NCBI GenBank assembly: GCA_001949185.1
Contig: BDGG01000002.1
Span: forward strand, 4,640,448 to 4,704,447
DNA: 64,000 nt
Direction: 5' to 3'
Origin: Ramazzottius varieornatus
Lineage: Eukaryota; Animalia; Tardigrada
A model generated the notes under the pieces. That model ran no database searches. It was given only the letters and a program-made list of their open reading frames with translations, and was not told the origin of the DNA. The first letter of the stretch is position 1. Each line of letters starts with the position of its first letter. Of the stretch, positions 47,601 through 60,600 are shown one piece after another. The position numbers and the translations under genes were made by a program.

Positions 47601-50600
47601 CCGGCGCCATAAACTCCGGAGTGCCTACAAATAAACTATTAGCTGACGCTCCGCAGGCAAATGAACACACATCATCTGACTGGAGCAGTGCAGATCTTGC
47701 CAAAACTGACGTCAAGGAGCCTTTTCACGGAAGCATCAACTTACCAATGACACTTTTGGCACCTTCCTTGGTTTTCAGCGTGGCTAAACCAAGGTCCCCA
47801 ATTTTGACAGATCCTAAAATAAATTGGAATAAACAATACAAACAAAAGAATACATAATCTAATTAGAAAATGAAACGTAAGAACCTATGTTTACTTACCG
47901 GTTGTGCCCAGCACGAAAATATTGTCACATTTCAGGTCACGATGGATGACAGGAGGATCACGGGAGTGCAGGTAATTAAGACCGCGCAAGATTTGCCGAC
48001 ACCAGCTCTTTAGAATCTTGATGTTGACTTTGGAGAAGCGCTTGAGGTACGTTCTGAGAGTTCCGCTAGCTAACAGTTCCGTGACAAGGACAAAGTATTT
48101 TAGGTTTGGCTTCGATGCATTCTGCGTTTCCCAGTAGTCAAAGAAGCGGACGATGTTGGGATGCTGTAAGCCTTTCAGAAGGTCTGCTTCCTCCTTGAAA
48201 CGTTGACGCTCTGGCTTCAGGAAGTTCTTGCTCTGCAAACCACGCAAATTAATCTCGCGGATCGGAAGTACCGCCTTCAGGCTCGTTACTGTCAGGCGTA
48301 ACCTCTCTGAGTTCGCTCTCACACTGGAGCGCTATGTCTTTTGGCCATCACTGATCCGTTACAACATTCAAAGAGCTGGTATGATATTACCGGTAGTAAT
48401 CATTACTTGTGAGCGCCTGGTCATGAAGCACTGTACAGTATACGGAAAATTTATGTGCCCGAGGTTTACATCCTGTACAAAAAACACCTCAAAGCTGAAT
48501 TCAATCGTTTGTATTGATGCGTTGTGATGCTTTTCATAAATCCATACACAATTGTTTGCTCAAACAGCTGATGCAACAAAGTCGGCTGACTTTGCATTGC
48601 CACCCTTGCTTCAGTTGTTCACAATGTCGTCTTTTATAAAACCTTACGTCAGATTCCACGTCAAATTTATGACTTGGCAAGGTCGTTACTCACTGCAAGT
48701 TTCCGTCAATGCCCGAGCGGTCTTCCGCACATCAGGTGGAACCGCAATAATTTATCGACTGGAGCGCGCCAAATTGCTTGATGTATTTTCGGTTGCCGAA
48801 AAGCGCTCGTGTTCTGCTCGAGTTCCCCTAACTAACGACGCACAGTTCTCCCAAAAATATTCTTGCGGCGACATGCAAAGAAGCTTATTACTTTCGTTCA
48901 AGTTCTGAAGTTCGACATCAGCCAGTGCAATCTTTGACGCAACTGATCAGAATTCGTAAACACACCCCTAACCTAACGTCACGAGATGCCTGCACTATTC
49001 GCTCAAGAACTTTAAACTGTAACCGAGATACTCGTCGACGGCGATGGACAGATTAGTCCAAGTGACGAGACAACAGTTTGGAAAACCTCACAAGAACAAA
49101 AGTTTCAAGGCTCATCCGCCTGCAACCCAGAAGGTGCGCGGACCGCATCTCGCTGGGTTCTACCCGCGAGCTGTCGAGTCCACCTTCTGCGGCAACAATG
49201 CTGTCTGTACGATAAACCTCTCAGCATGCTCGTTCAAATTAAAATATGATATGTACCGTCAACTATGATAAGTCATTGTACCACATGCATCAATCTTGTC
49301 AATGGGCTCACGGCGATCACATCGTCTGGCGCCGTACTACGAGGTACCACGCGACGCACCCGCTGGCTACCATGGTCATACTTTCACATCGTTCTCCTAT
49401 CTCGGTATGTTACGTGAATGCTCGACTGGTTTCTACAGTATAACGAGGAGCCCAAAATTCTGTTGCATCACAAAGATAACGGTTCGCCTAACGGACTTTG
49501 AAATCTGAGCCTCTATACGTGATCGGTGGTCCTTCAAAGTCCGTACACGCAAGACGAGAAATTATGGTACAGTAAAAATCATGACAGGCGGAAAGGACGG
49601 CAAAATGGAAATTCGACCGTAGAAAAGTGTCAAAAAATGTATTGCTATGAGTCGGTCGTGTACGTACGTGTTTCCGTACCGCCGTAGCGAAAAGGCCTGT
49701 ACTATAATTTTCACTGTACCATGATTTCTCATCCTGCGTGTACCGACATTCGCACACAAACGCAGTCTTCACTTCATCGAGCTCCAGCCAAAGGTGGATC
49801 GTGCCAGAAACATAGTCACATCAGTTTTCCAGAGTTTCGGTACACTACCAAATCAAAAAAATTCTGACTAGGATGGGGAAAAACCTTGCCCAGCAATTCG
49901 TGTTAGTTTGATGGAAGGAAACAAACCAGACGAGAAGCTGTCGCTTGCTGTGACGACTAATTCTCTGCGTGCGAGCTCGAAGAGCTGCTCCTAATCGGTT
50001 ACATAACCTATCAACCATTAGAGTAGCGCAAGCCAGACTATTTTCTCAAGATACACAAGTAGAGATTATAAATCCCCAAGTAGAAATTCAAGAAGTACTA
50101 GTTTTATTATAACAAGCGGACGAATTTCCAGAAAAAGTTCATTTTTCTATCTCGTCTGCGACATTCGAAGAAAGAGCGCACGAACGAGCTTCCAACATCC
50201 TCGATGCCCTGAAAAAGGTCCACGATGATCGCGTTTTTTCTGGCGTCCAACTCTAGGGAAGTCTAGCGAGAGTGGATTATTTTTTCTGAATAAATTAAGC
50301 GACCCAGTTGAGTCAATGCCATCAATTGACTGGAACGCAACCCTCTAGCCATGCAAAGGATACACAATAGTGCGCGAGATAACATTGGCCCACATCCGCT
50401 AATCGTCAAAGCGCTTCACAGCTAGATTCGAGCGCCGGCATCTCAGCAGCCATCGACTGAAAGCCCTCAAAGCCCCAACAGCAGCTGAAACCATCAGTTC
50501 GCAAAGTACACAGAGAGGCAGACAAACAGCGGAACAGGATTTGTTATGACCCACAACCTTGCTGAGATTCAAGCCAGTCTCACAAATTCAGAGGCTCAGA

Positions 50601-52496
50601 CGATAATTGCACCCTACTCGACCACCAGCGAGGCTTCCGTCAGACAACAAAAAGTACGTTAAAGCTGCAGCACTTTGCTGATCAATCTCATTAATATTTC
50701 TTCACAAAAACGGAGACCTAGTCTATGCAGCTAACCAACGCACCATTCACCAACAGAATTTTCAGCCGTCCCAGTACGATATTCAAGAAAAACTTAACAT
50801 TCTCCCCATACGATACCTGTTTCTTTGTTCATCGCATTTACAAAATTATATGAAGAATTTTGAGGTTGTTCGGTGCAGTCCGACCTAAATCTGGCCCTTG
50901 GCGCAAAACCTCAGTTTCATGAATCACCGGAAGATCTTTCTGATCTGGAGATCAGTGTTTCCGGAAACTTCCGCAACTACGATACTAATCGTCAAGTTCG
51001 GCTTTATTAGACTATCACAGCTCAAAGCAATCGGAAACCTCCACTTCCATGGATCAGTTGGTTCTGGCGTTCGAGTTTCAACATAGCAAGATTCTAACGG
51101 TTTGCCGTCGCACTCGCATATTTTATGGATAGTTTTTCCATTAAATGTGGCTCTATGAGGTGGCGTCATTTGCTTGTAGCTAAGAGCCTTTGGCATTTAG
51201 AAAGTGCTGGAAGGTCGGTTTATCGTCCTTTGCTTTGTTTCAAGCATGACATTTGCAAACTGTGATGATGTCAATGCATCTGAATAAACTATGAGTTATC
51301 GTTTAAAAATTCGCCCCTCACTGTCGAATCGGCAAATTTATCCGTACAGTCGGTGACGGCTGTAGTCGACCTAGGCGTCTATGGCCAAAATGAGCCAGCA
51401 CTCATCCACCCCTCTGTCTATGTCCTAATTCCTAACGAAGAATGTACATAGTACATCCAAAAATTTTCATTTTCGAACATTTGTCTGACTGAAATTCGGT
51501 TGAAATTTTTAAATCGAATATTCCACATAAATTCTCCTTACCGTGAGTTCGCACCATGCCACTAAAACGGGAAAAGCCATAATTAGTCCCACGAAAGTAT
51601 TTATAGACTGGTTGATCAATAGTCTACCTGTGGCTCCGGTTTCACTGTCTCGGCCTTTGTAGACAGTCTTAAAAGATCCGCGGCCAATTTCCACGTTTAA
51701 TTTGACAAACCGGCCAGTGGGCGACGAATCAATCACTTTTTCGTCGACCTCTGATCCTTCCTGCTCTTCGTCGTAATCTTGAACATTTCGCGTGAGCGAC
51801 TGCAGGTTCTCCACCAGACGATTGATGTCTTCTTCAGTGTCTGTTCGATGGCCATTCTCCACCCCGACATGCGCATCTTTATCGCGAACAAGGTCGTCAA
51901 GGGTAATGTCAAGAAACCTGACTCCACCGCGAGGCGACTGTGACGATGATACTTCGATGTCGCTCGCACCTACTAACAAAATCGTCAAAAACATTTAGAA
52001 TAATATTCAGCCATGAATTCATCTGCAAACTCGAGGCAAGATCGTTTTCTCTAATTGTTTCATTCTTCCAGCCAATAACACTGCGAACATGTGCCACTTG
52101 AGAGTGTGTTCCTGTCTTACCCTGAATGACTTCCGGTTCCTCGCTGAACATAACGTTCTTCGTTCCCTCACCATTCCGAATGTCCAAAGGAATAGAGATA
52201 ACGTTTCTCAGTGTCCGCTGGATAAGGATGGGAGTGGAAGGTTGCGTTGCGTCCGTCGAAGCATCGTGAAAATGCAGCGAATCCAGCTTGAGAGTATCCA
52301 ACCGTCCGTCATTCGGACGAGGCACCGACAAGGACAAGTTTAGCTCGGTATTCTTCAACTGCGTTCTTGCTGCTTTAATACTACTGCTGTCGTGCAGCGA
52401 GTTTCCCCCGTTGACAAGGTTATTGTAGGCGTACTGATCACTTTCTACAGCGCGCTCCTCGCCTTCTTCGCTGGTCGGGCAGGAGCTATCGAACAT
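44629..52496 (-). CDS. WNK: WNK (with-no-lysine) Ser/Thr kinase, about 10 exons including a 20-nt micro-exon (51561-51542)
   Basis: [11 protein letters not shown] (Lys in subdomain I), VAWCEL (Cys at the usual Lys site), [37 protein letters not shown]-like [10 protein letters not shown], RFxV motif KKGRFGV, C-terminal coiled coil. The start and last exons are less certain. Confidence 0.95.
46235..46352. repeat. Palindromic repeat family A copy (WNK intron)
   Basis: gttttccgaagaggcgcacg...ggctgaaagtctgcgccatttgggggaaaatggtctgg. Confidence 0.7.
46363..46514. mobile_element. Near-perfect 152-bp foldback element (MITE family B) in a WNK intron
   Basis: Arms of about 70 bp, gtacacgcgcttgacctaactgttggc...gcggcaatgg / ccgttgccgc...gccaacagttaggtcgagcgcgtgtac, with an AT-rich loop. 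Confidence 0.88.
49539..49747. mobile_element. MITE with about 50-bp imperfect TIRs and termini like family B (GTACACGC...GCGTGTAC)
   Basis: gtccgtacacgcaagacgagaaattatggtacagtaaaaatcatgacaggc versus the reverse complement of gcctgtactataattttcactgtaccatgatttctcatcctgcgtgtaccgac. Confidence 0.8.
52025..52120. repeat. Palindromic repeat family A copy (WNK first intron, abutting the donor)
   Basis: gcaaactcgaggcaagatcgttttctc...ttccagccaataacactgcgaacatgtgccacttgagag. Confidence 0.75.
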
Positions 52497-53721
52497 CTCT
52501 CCACGTCACTCGTTCCGTCCGTAACCCAGTATCACAGTGCGCTTAACACCACTTTACAAAATCAAAAGATAAAAGATGCGATGTCCTCCGACGCACCTCT
52601 TCCATCGAGACCATCGTCTATCTACAAAGATGGATAAATTTGGGCCATTTTTGGCCTTTAACTGCCTCGTTAATACCACATCAAGTCGCGCACACTTCGC
52701 TAATTCATCCAAGTTTATAACATTTTGATGGACTTACATGACTCTGCGAAAGTCCTTCTGTCATCTTTCGTCAAATCATCCCACTCCCAGCGAGGCGGAA
52801 CAAGCGGGAGATACGAGCAGTCGAACAGAAGTTGCAGAACCAGCGCGCAAAGTAAGAAATTTGGACGCAATGTTCCAATCTGCCAAAATCACGAGGTAAA
52901 TCACTGAATCAAGATACTGGTTGCTTCGCAAGATGCAGGGGAATTCAGACGTCGACTTCAACGCCAACTATTAGGTCCGTTCCGGGATCGATCCAGCTGG
53001 TGTTCGGCAACTGGGGGGCGATATTTCTCGACTTTGAAGCCCAGATTCGCGACAGATATCGGGTCTGAAAAGACTTCTTCAAAAGTTCCGTTCCACTTCC
53101 AAAAGGAGCAAGACATTACGTACAGTTTAGGAAGTTACGGTACAAGCGATTATGCGAATGACATCACTTTATAGAATACAGCAGGCAATGGTAACCTCAG
53201 ACGCTAGCCGCGGCCAGACAGGGCGGGCCTCTCCTTGACCGACCAATCACGCCCTGATAGGGTTTCTGACCGGCGACCGGTGCCTGACCGATTGGGCTTC
53301 GAATATCCAAATTAGCCCAGAGGGCCCCGAACTCTCATACTGCGCCCTCCGGGGCTCTATTTACAAACTTTTGAACTCTGAAAAGTGAAAATCTTTTTCC
53401 TTTTCTTGAAATTCCTTCCACGACGGCAGAACTTTCTATCCCCGCTTCGCATTCCACCTCTGGGAACTGGACATTGGTAGGTTTATTTTTCCGTTGCGTG
53501 TGATCTTCCAATTAAGACGTGGTCTGTCGAGCTCCATACCAGGATCGGAACCAGAGTCGCAGGTAGAGTGGGGTAAACATCGTTTTGTGGTGAACAAGAA
53601 TTATAATTACGTTTTACTAGCTCCTGACCCTCCTCGTACCTTGAATGACTAGAAACAGTATGTGTGTCCTCCAATTTTGCAGACAGTTGGTGCAGTCCAC
53701 CGAAGAAACGGAAGCCGAGTC
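52497..53721. promoter_or_regulatory. Divergent (head-to-head) WNK/Crk intergenic promoter region
   Basis: The two putative starts point apart 1.2 kb from each other. A GC-rich patch at about 53200-53360 has CCAAT boxes in both orientations (ccaatca about 53243, gattgg about 53290). Confidence 0.5.
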
Positions 53722-54884
53722 ATGGCCGGAGACTTTGATCCTATGGACCGTGAATCGTGGTATTTTGGCCTGATCACACGTGACGAATCTGTCCAAATTC
53801 TCAAAGAAGAGCGTGAAGGAGGAGTATTCCTTGTCCGAGACAGCACCTCCATACCTGGCGATTTTGTGTTATGCGTCAAAGAAGACAACAAGATTAGCCA
53901 CTACATTATCAACAAGATTGTCGATGGCGATCGCGTCGTGTTACGTATCGGCGATCAAGAATTCACAGATCTTTCAACCTTGCTCAGTTTTTACAAGTAT
54001 CACTACCTGGACACCACTCCCTTGATTCGACCCGCCGCGCGGAAAGTGGAACAGGTCAAGACAAAGTATGACTTTGCTGGAAGAGATCCAGACGATTTGC
54101 CTTTCCACAGAGGAGAGATTCTGACGATAATCAGGAAGGATGAAGAGCAGTGGTGGACTGCGAAGAATGCTCAAGGACAGACCGGCTCCATACCCGTTAC
54201 CTACGTCCAAAAGTACGATCAGAAACAGATGGCTACACTGTCTCCTCAGAACGGCTCAAAAGCTCCTGGTCGCCCTTCGTCTACAGAATCCCCCACAAAC
54301 GTCCCTGTACCTAAAGATTTACCTGCGATGGCCAAAGTGGTGAAAGAACGGCTGAATATTCATGACGATACGCAGCTTCAGATGAAGGTACGTAAGTTAT
54401 GTATAGTTGTCATCATCCTACCGTGCACGAATTCCATGGTAGAAATCAAGAAATTCCAGAAGTGAAATGGGATTGATAAGGAAAGAAGTCCAAAGTATCA
54501 AAATTTTCAAATACTGCAGGACATATTTTGGGGCATTGCTTTTTTCCTACGAAATTCTTCGCAAGACGCAAGGTGGTGCCGGGCACGGCCTTATTGTGTA
54601 TTTTCGTAGAAAAAGGGCAGGATTAACTGTAATAGGCTCCCGCATGACTCGTCTTGGTCGTCTGAATAGTGAAACTATGTTGCGTATTAGGGATTATGAT
54701 GATACAGTAAATACACTATCGTTTTAGCATACTTTGTTCTTTGCAGGCTGGAGATATCATCGAAGTGACGAGGACTAACGTAAACGGCTGGTGGGAAGGT
54801 AATTTGAACGGAAAGTCTGGAAGATTTCCTGCTACGTACGTCGAATGGATCGAAGAAACCAACGGGACGAACGAAGCTGCCTGA
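53722..54884 (+). CDS. Crk: Crk/CrkL SH2-SH3-SH3 adaptor. Exons 53722-54387, 54747-54884
   Basis: MAGDFDPMDRESWYFG, FLVRDSTSIPGDFVLCVKE, HYLDTTPLIRP, YDFAGRDPDDLPF, KDEEQWW; second SH3 split by one GT-AG intron. Confidence 0.96.
54536..54622. repeat. Short palindromic element in the Crk intron, related to the interior of the hAT MITE at 43751
   Basis: gctttttcctacgaaa ... tttcgtagaaaaagggc inverted pair; shares ttttcgtagaaaaa(a/g)ggcag with about 43843-43862. Confidence 0.6.
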
Positions 54885-57645
54885 AAAGATGGAAAATGGC
54901 CTTCCAAGACGTTGTCTGTGTTACTTCACCTTTTTGACGGAGGCTGTAAAAGTAAGTGATAATCTCTTCGGCGGATGCCCTTTTGAATTTCGATTAGAAC
55001 AGCATTGGAAGCTTAAGCCGTTCAAAATATTTTTTCATCGATTTTATCCTTTCACATTATGACCTCTTCCAAGCCATCCAATCAACCTTTTCGTATTCCT
55101 GGATTCTTAAGCATGGATTCTTATCGGCAATACTGTACCTACTTGAAGTTTAAAACATGTTCTGTTCGGCACTCGACCCGCGAAGTTTTACGGAAGTAGA
55201 ACCTAGAAGCTCTCGAACTGCTGCTTCCAGAATGTTGCTTTCGCGAAACAACTTCGACCATGAGCCTATTTTTCCAGAATCGAGCTGAGGTTTCCTGATA
55301 TTCGGTCTTTTTGAATTTGCTGCGAACTTGCGATCGGACTGACAGTCGTGTGTCGAGCATCGCGCAGTATAAAGGTGACACAGTCAACAGGTGGCGCTCT
55401 GATACCTGAGAAGCCGAATCCCTTCGGAGACCTCAGAACCCCAAGGACTTGTAGCCAGTCGTTCATGAACGAAAAAATACACAGTGGAATCAGGCAAAGC
55501 ATGTTCGAGTTTGCCGGATAGCTTGCCGTAGGCCGAAATGTTCTCTGTAGTAGTGGTCTTCAGGATCAGGTCTTCCAGAAGCTTGGCGGAACGCCGAACT
55601 ATTGCATGTGTAGTAGACGCCAGATAGAGTGGTTATACTATGGAAGCCGAGTTTTTCTACTATGTGTTGATGGCCGTGTGGAAGTGAAGGAAGAAGATGG
55701 GGTGACGGAAACTTGCGAGTTTTAGACAATTTTATCGTTTAAGCACGACTCATACAGTCAACCGTATTAGAGTGGCCAGCGAGCAAACGGTGTCTGTTCT
55801 GATGGGCAGATGTGCTTGACGTTTATCCTGATTTTAATTTTAGGAAATTGGCCTGTCAGAATCACCTGCTGCAGTGCAAAATATAGAGGGCTTTCTGTTC
55901 GTCTAAATTTATGAGTATGCTCAAAGAGGCAAACGAGCCGTGGTCTGTTCAAAGATCGTGACGAGAGGAATTTTACACGGGAAGAAAATATTAGTAGTCT
56001 GTAATATGGAAACGCAATAATTCCCAAGTTCAGTTCCTTTCCATGTGCTTTGCTATTTTTTGGCCTGGCGCTTCGTGACCGCGAACTGGTGTCAGGTTTA
56101 CCGTTTGTAGCTTTTCCATGTTTCCAAAACGAGAGGTCTCTGTGGTTAATTCGACTTGACAGATGACTCGCTAAGACAGTTATCATGTCCGAGTCGATTA
56201 CTGTATTGGAGAACGGAGAAGTTTGTTGTTTTGATTTTTGTCGGACATTATACGGCAACAAGGTTTCTAACACCAGAGCTTGTTGTTCGCTAGAATAGGT
56301 TTGTCCCAAAGTAGGTGCACACTGATAACAGTGCAACTTGGTGATTTTGGCCAAAACTAGCCTAAAAGTAATGGAAGCTCTTGTGGATTTTCGACTTCAT
56401 GCTGCTTTGTGAACTGACGCATAGAATGTATTCGAATCCAACAGTCCAGTTTCCGACTTGTAAATTTTTTACAGTGCATGTATGAACTCGTCGAAGGGAG
56501 CAGGATTATGACGATATCGAAAAACGTAGAATCTCAATTACGTGATGATTACGAGCTTGAAATACAGAAGTAGTGCTACAAGGGAGGATCATCACGGTTC
56601 TTCATTCAGGGATATCAAGCGGGGGATGGTTCAAATTGGGTCTTCCATTGTTTCATGCTGTGGAAAGGTTGTTGTACATATGATGTCGGAAATGCATCCC
56701 TTCAAGACATTGTAGTATCGGATATGGGGCGTGGTCGATGAGATGGGTCTTTTTGCCTACGGTACACGCGAAGATAAGTTTAGCAAGCAAACACGGCGTT
56801 TTCTCTGAGCTGCCGCCTACATTTTTGGTACGTTTTGCCGCCCGCATTTGGAACACTCGTAGACTGTTTCAATAGCAAAGCTTTGCCTGAGTCTTGGCCT
56901 GAGCTTCTGTGCGCTTTGGCGGGTTCGGTCAAAAGTGAGCTTGAAGAGTATTTACCATCTTTTGATGTACAGAAGAATGAGGGACATAGCGGCCATTGTG
57001 CACATGTTTTGAGCAGTGGCAGATCACAGGGGTGCCGTCCAGTAGATGGTCCTTCGCTTGTAGCCGCCTCGATCATCCTCCGAAACAACTGTGCCCAGTG
57101 TCTATCCCTTTGGCTTTATTTTGGATCACGCTCTCTGACATTCCGGATTGACCATTGGACTAGCCTAGGCTTTATCTGAGTCCTTTCATTTCGGATTTAC
57201 GCCGGCCAATTCACACTGCCACAACATTTTTTAATGCTTGACTGATTTCTCATCCTATCAACAAACGATTGGAATAGAATTTGTGCCATTAGAGAGATAG
57301 TCAGGCTCGCTTCTCAGTGCTAGCGTCATTAACGGGACCATTGTGTGGCTCAACGTACCGTGTTATTACAACAAATTTTCTAGCTATTTTACCACAACAC
57401 GCTATCGGTGAAAGAACGGTTCGTTTCCCATCAAACTCCTGCTACTAATTACCGTTTATGGAAATGGTGTGAAGTGGGATATCTGCAGCACGCAGGTATA
57501 TCATTACCCCATTGTCCCATTTTATGGCGATCTGATGCCTTGTCATCAACTTTAATTATTTGCAGAGATGATACGACGGTGATCAAACTCGATTCCCCAT
57601 TTCGCATCTGATATCAGTTCGTGCTTGCACACAGGCGCAGCAAAA

Positions 57646-60600
57646 ATGGAGCGGTCATCGAAGGACCATTCATCTCTATGGAAGCTCCGCTTACTGTTAT
57701 TTATCGTTTTTTTCTCGTTGGTCGAACAATGCAGAGGACAATACGGAAGCTGGTGGTATGTTGATTTTTTCTAATGTGATAGAATTAGGGGGTGTTGACG
57801 AATGACTTGAACCGGATCGTTTTTCGGGTAACGCAGAACTGCAGCCAAAAACAATGACAACGCGCGCCACTTGAGATGACGACTTTGATCAATCCGTTTG
57901 ATGAAATTTTGCTCATATTTTGGAGTTTTGTGTATTTGTATAACTTTTGCAGGTCAATTGCCAGCAAGACAGAGTTTTTAGGAGCCAACGCTCAGTTATC
58001 CTTGCTCGGGAGTGCTTCCTTGAACTTTTGCTCGCGGTTAGAAGGGCTGAGCAAAGGACAGGAGAGAATATGCAGTCTCCATCAAGACCATATGATGCCG
58101 GTGGCTCAAGGTGCCGGATTAGCTATCAAAGAGTGCCAATCGCAATTTCGGAACAGGCGGTGGAATTGTTCGGCCGTTTCTGACAATAAGACGGATCGCA
58201 TCTTTGGTCCTGTCATGAAGATAGGTAAGGGTTCCGTTGCCACCCTTTGGCTTCATTCTTTCTCGGTAATCCGACCTGCATTATTTCCGTACATATCGAG
58301 ATCTTTTCACCGACTGACGGCTTAATGCTTTTTTATTTGTCTAGCCGATCAAAATTCAGGGCGGCAGCTCGAACAGTATTTATTCTTTTGCCGACAAAGT
58401 CCCACGCAGACACGCCCTACGTGCCTGCGCGACTTTTGCGTAGATTGATTTGCAACCAAGTAATATTAACTCGTAACTAATACAGACCTTGGTTGAAAAG
58501 AACATTTATTTATAAACTTAGGAATAATAACCACGTGTTTGCAAATAAATCGACCTTGACCGCAGAGCACCGGGCCTTGTATAAAGTACAGTTGTTCTTG
58601 GTGGGAGGCTTTTCCGAAAGGGATTATTTCGTTTCAAACACTGGCCATATGTTAACCAGATGGAAAGCAGCCTAGCATGTAGCATGCCGGCCCTTCAGAC
58701 CCGCGGATCCCTAAAATGAAACATGGGATGTCAGGGATGCGGACATGCTTACGAGCGCATGTCCTCACAGCAAGCGCTAATTTGTAAATTAACCGATTAC
58801 AGTAGTTGCCTTCTATTCGCCGGCTTGTCTAACTTGCACGTAGCCTCGTGTACCGGGATGTGAATCGAATCGCCGAGGATTATGATCCATACGGTAGCAA
58901 TGGGGATTTTATTGCACCTACTGGAATATATGGTCCACTTGTGAGCACGTGTCCTGTGGGTATTCAAGAGCTGTCGTTGTGAAAGGGCGCTTTTATTACA
59001 GCTCACAGATCGTGGTACTCGATCTTTTCCGCGTCGATAATGACACGGCGTCGTTTCTACTCCAGTTAATCAATGTGTAACACGTTAGTCTGTCAACGGC
59101 GCGAGAATGTGATAATATTATCTCGGGTTACTCCTCATCAGGCACTGCGGTATCTTTCTGTTTAAAAAAGCGTTCTCATAATTTGATTGCGCCCGTTGGT
59201 ATCTCGTTAGTGTGCGGCAGCGCTGCCCTGACGAAGGCGTGTGCACTGTCGAGTGAAGAAGCCCAGCAAAAGTTGATTTTAAACTGGACATAACCCGTCA
59301 AAGTAGGCCAAGTGAGAGATTCGTCAAGAAAATGGCTTTAATCTAATATAGACTACTTGACTGGCGTCGCCGAGATTGCAAAGTAATCAAAGTGAGAAAG
59401 CAAAGTCGCGCTTAAGCCCTGCTCGAGTCGGAAGCTGAAAGAAAATACCGAGGAAGCCCCATCGAATGCTGATCAACCTCCTCAGCCTTGGTCAGGCATA
59501 AAGAACTCTTTTGAAAGAAAATAACTCTTGATCAATCTTCGAAGTTGAAGATGTCACCCCGGTGATCAACATTTAACCTGCAGCCAAACATTTATGTGAG
59601 CATCGAAATAATTTGTTCAACCGGCAAGATTACAGGATGCGAAGTTGTATTGGGCGAAAACATGCTTTTAAACGCCGGCTTTCCACCGCTTTGATCAAGT
59701 CATCAAACGTCAACCGGTGCATTTTTCCATCTTGATCACCACCGGTCAAGATATCAATGCCTCACTGACTGACAAGATCGCCACATGCTGAACAGCTTAC
59801 GGCTAGCTTATCCATGTTGTCTAAGCCAGTTACGCACGGACAGCGTCCCAACTTTGTAATTCTAACGATATTTGGCAGAAAAATCCGAAAGTGGATTTTG
59901 GCAAACAAATGGCGGATATTTTCATGGATCGAAATAATATGAGACGTGGGCACATGAATAATACCAGATCGTTTTTCTCAAGTGGCGCACACTTCCAGCC
60001 AAATACAGTAAAAATTTGCGCCACTTTTAGAAAGCCATCTGGTTTACCCACTTTCCATTTCATCCATGGCTTGAGGATATACTGTACTGGGATCTTTCGC
60101 ATCGCAAGTTCAGTTGCCGAAAGCTAGCTGACTGTTACGTCAATCAAAAACTGACTGCGAGTTACGTGAACAGACGGGAAAAGTTTTAACCATCAGGCGC
60201 ATACCACCGACCGAAGCATCTCACTGCGAAGATTCACAAATTGACTAATAATTTACGACACCCAAAGCAGGAATGTGTCTGCGTTTGAAAACTTAATGAC
60301 TGTTATTGCTCCATGTTATTTTAGGTATTCACCAGTGATTTATCTTCCGCTAATGGACTGTTTCGTTTGTTCTCAGGGAGTCGCGAGACGGCGTTCGTCA
60401 ACGCTATTAGCGCGGCAGGAGTGACCTATGCCATCAGTCGGAGCTGTCGGGAGGGCGAGATCTCCACATGCTCATGCAGTCGCGCAGAGAAACCCAAACG
60501 GCTACCTGAAGAGTGGGCCTGGGGAGGATGTGGTGACAACGTTCGTTATGGATACGAGTTTGCCAAAAGCTTCACGGACACGCGCGAGAAGGAAGTAAGA

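Noticed and set aside
51345-51373. Small hairpin followed by CTAG as a Helitron 3' end
   Set aside because: Spacing is short, the next base is not T, and no 5' TC end or second copy was found
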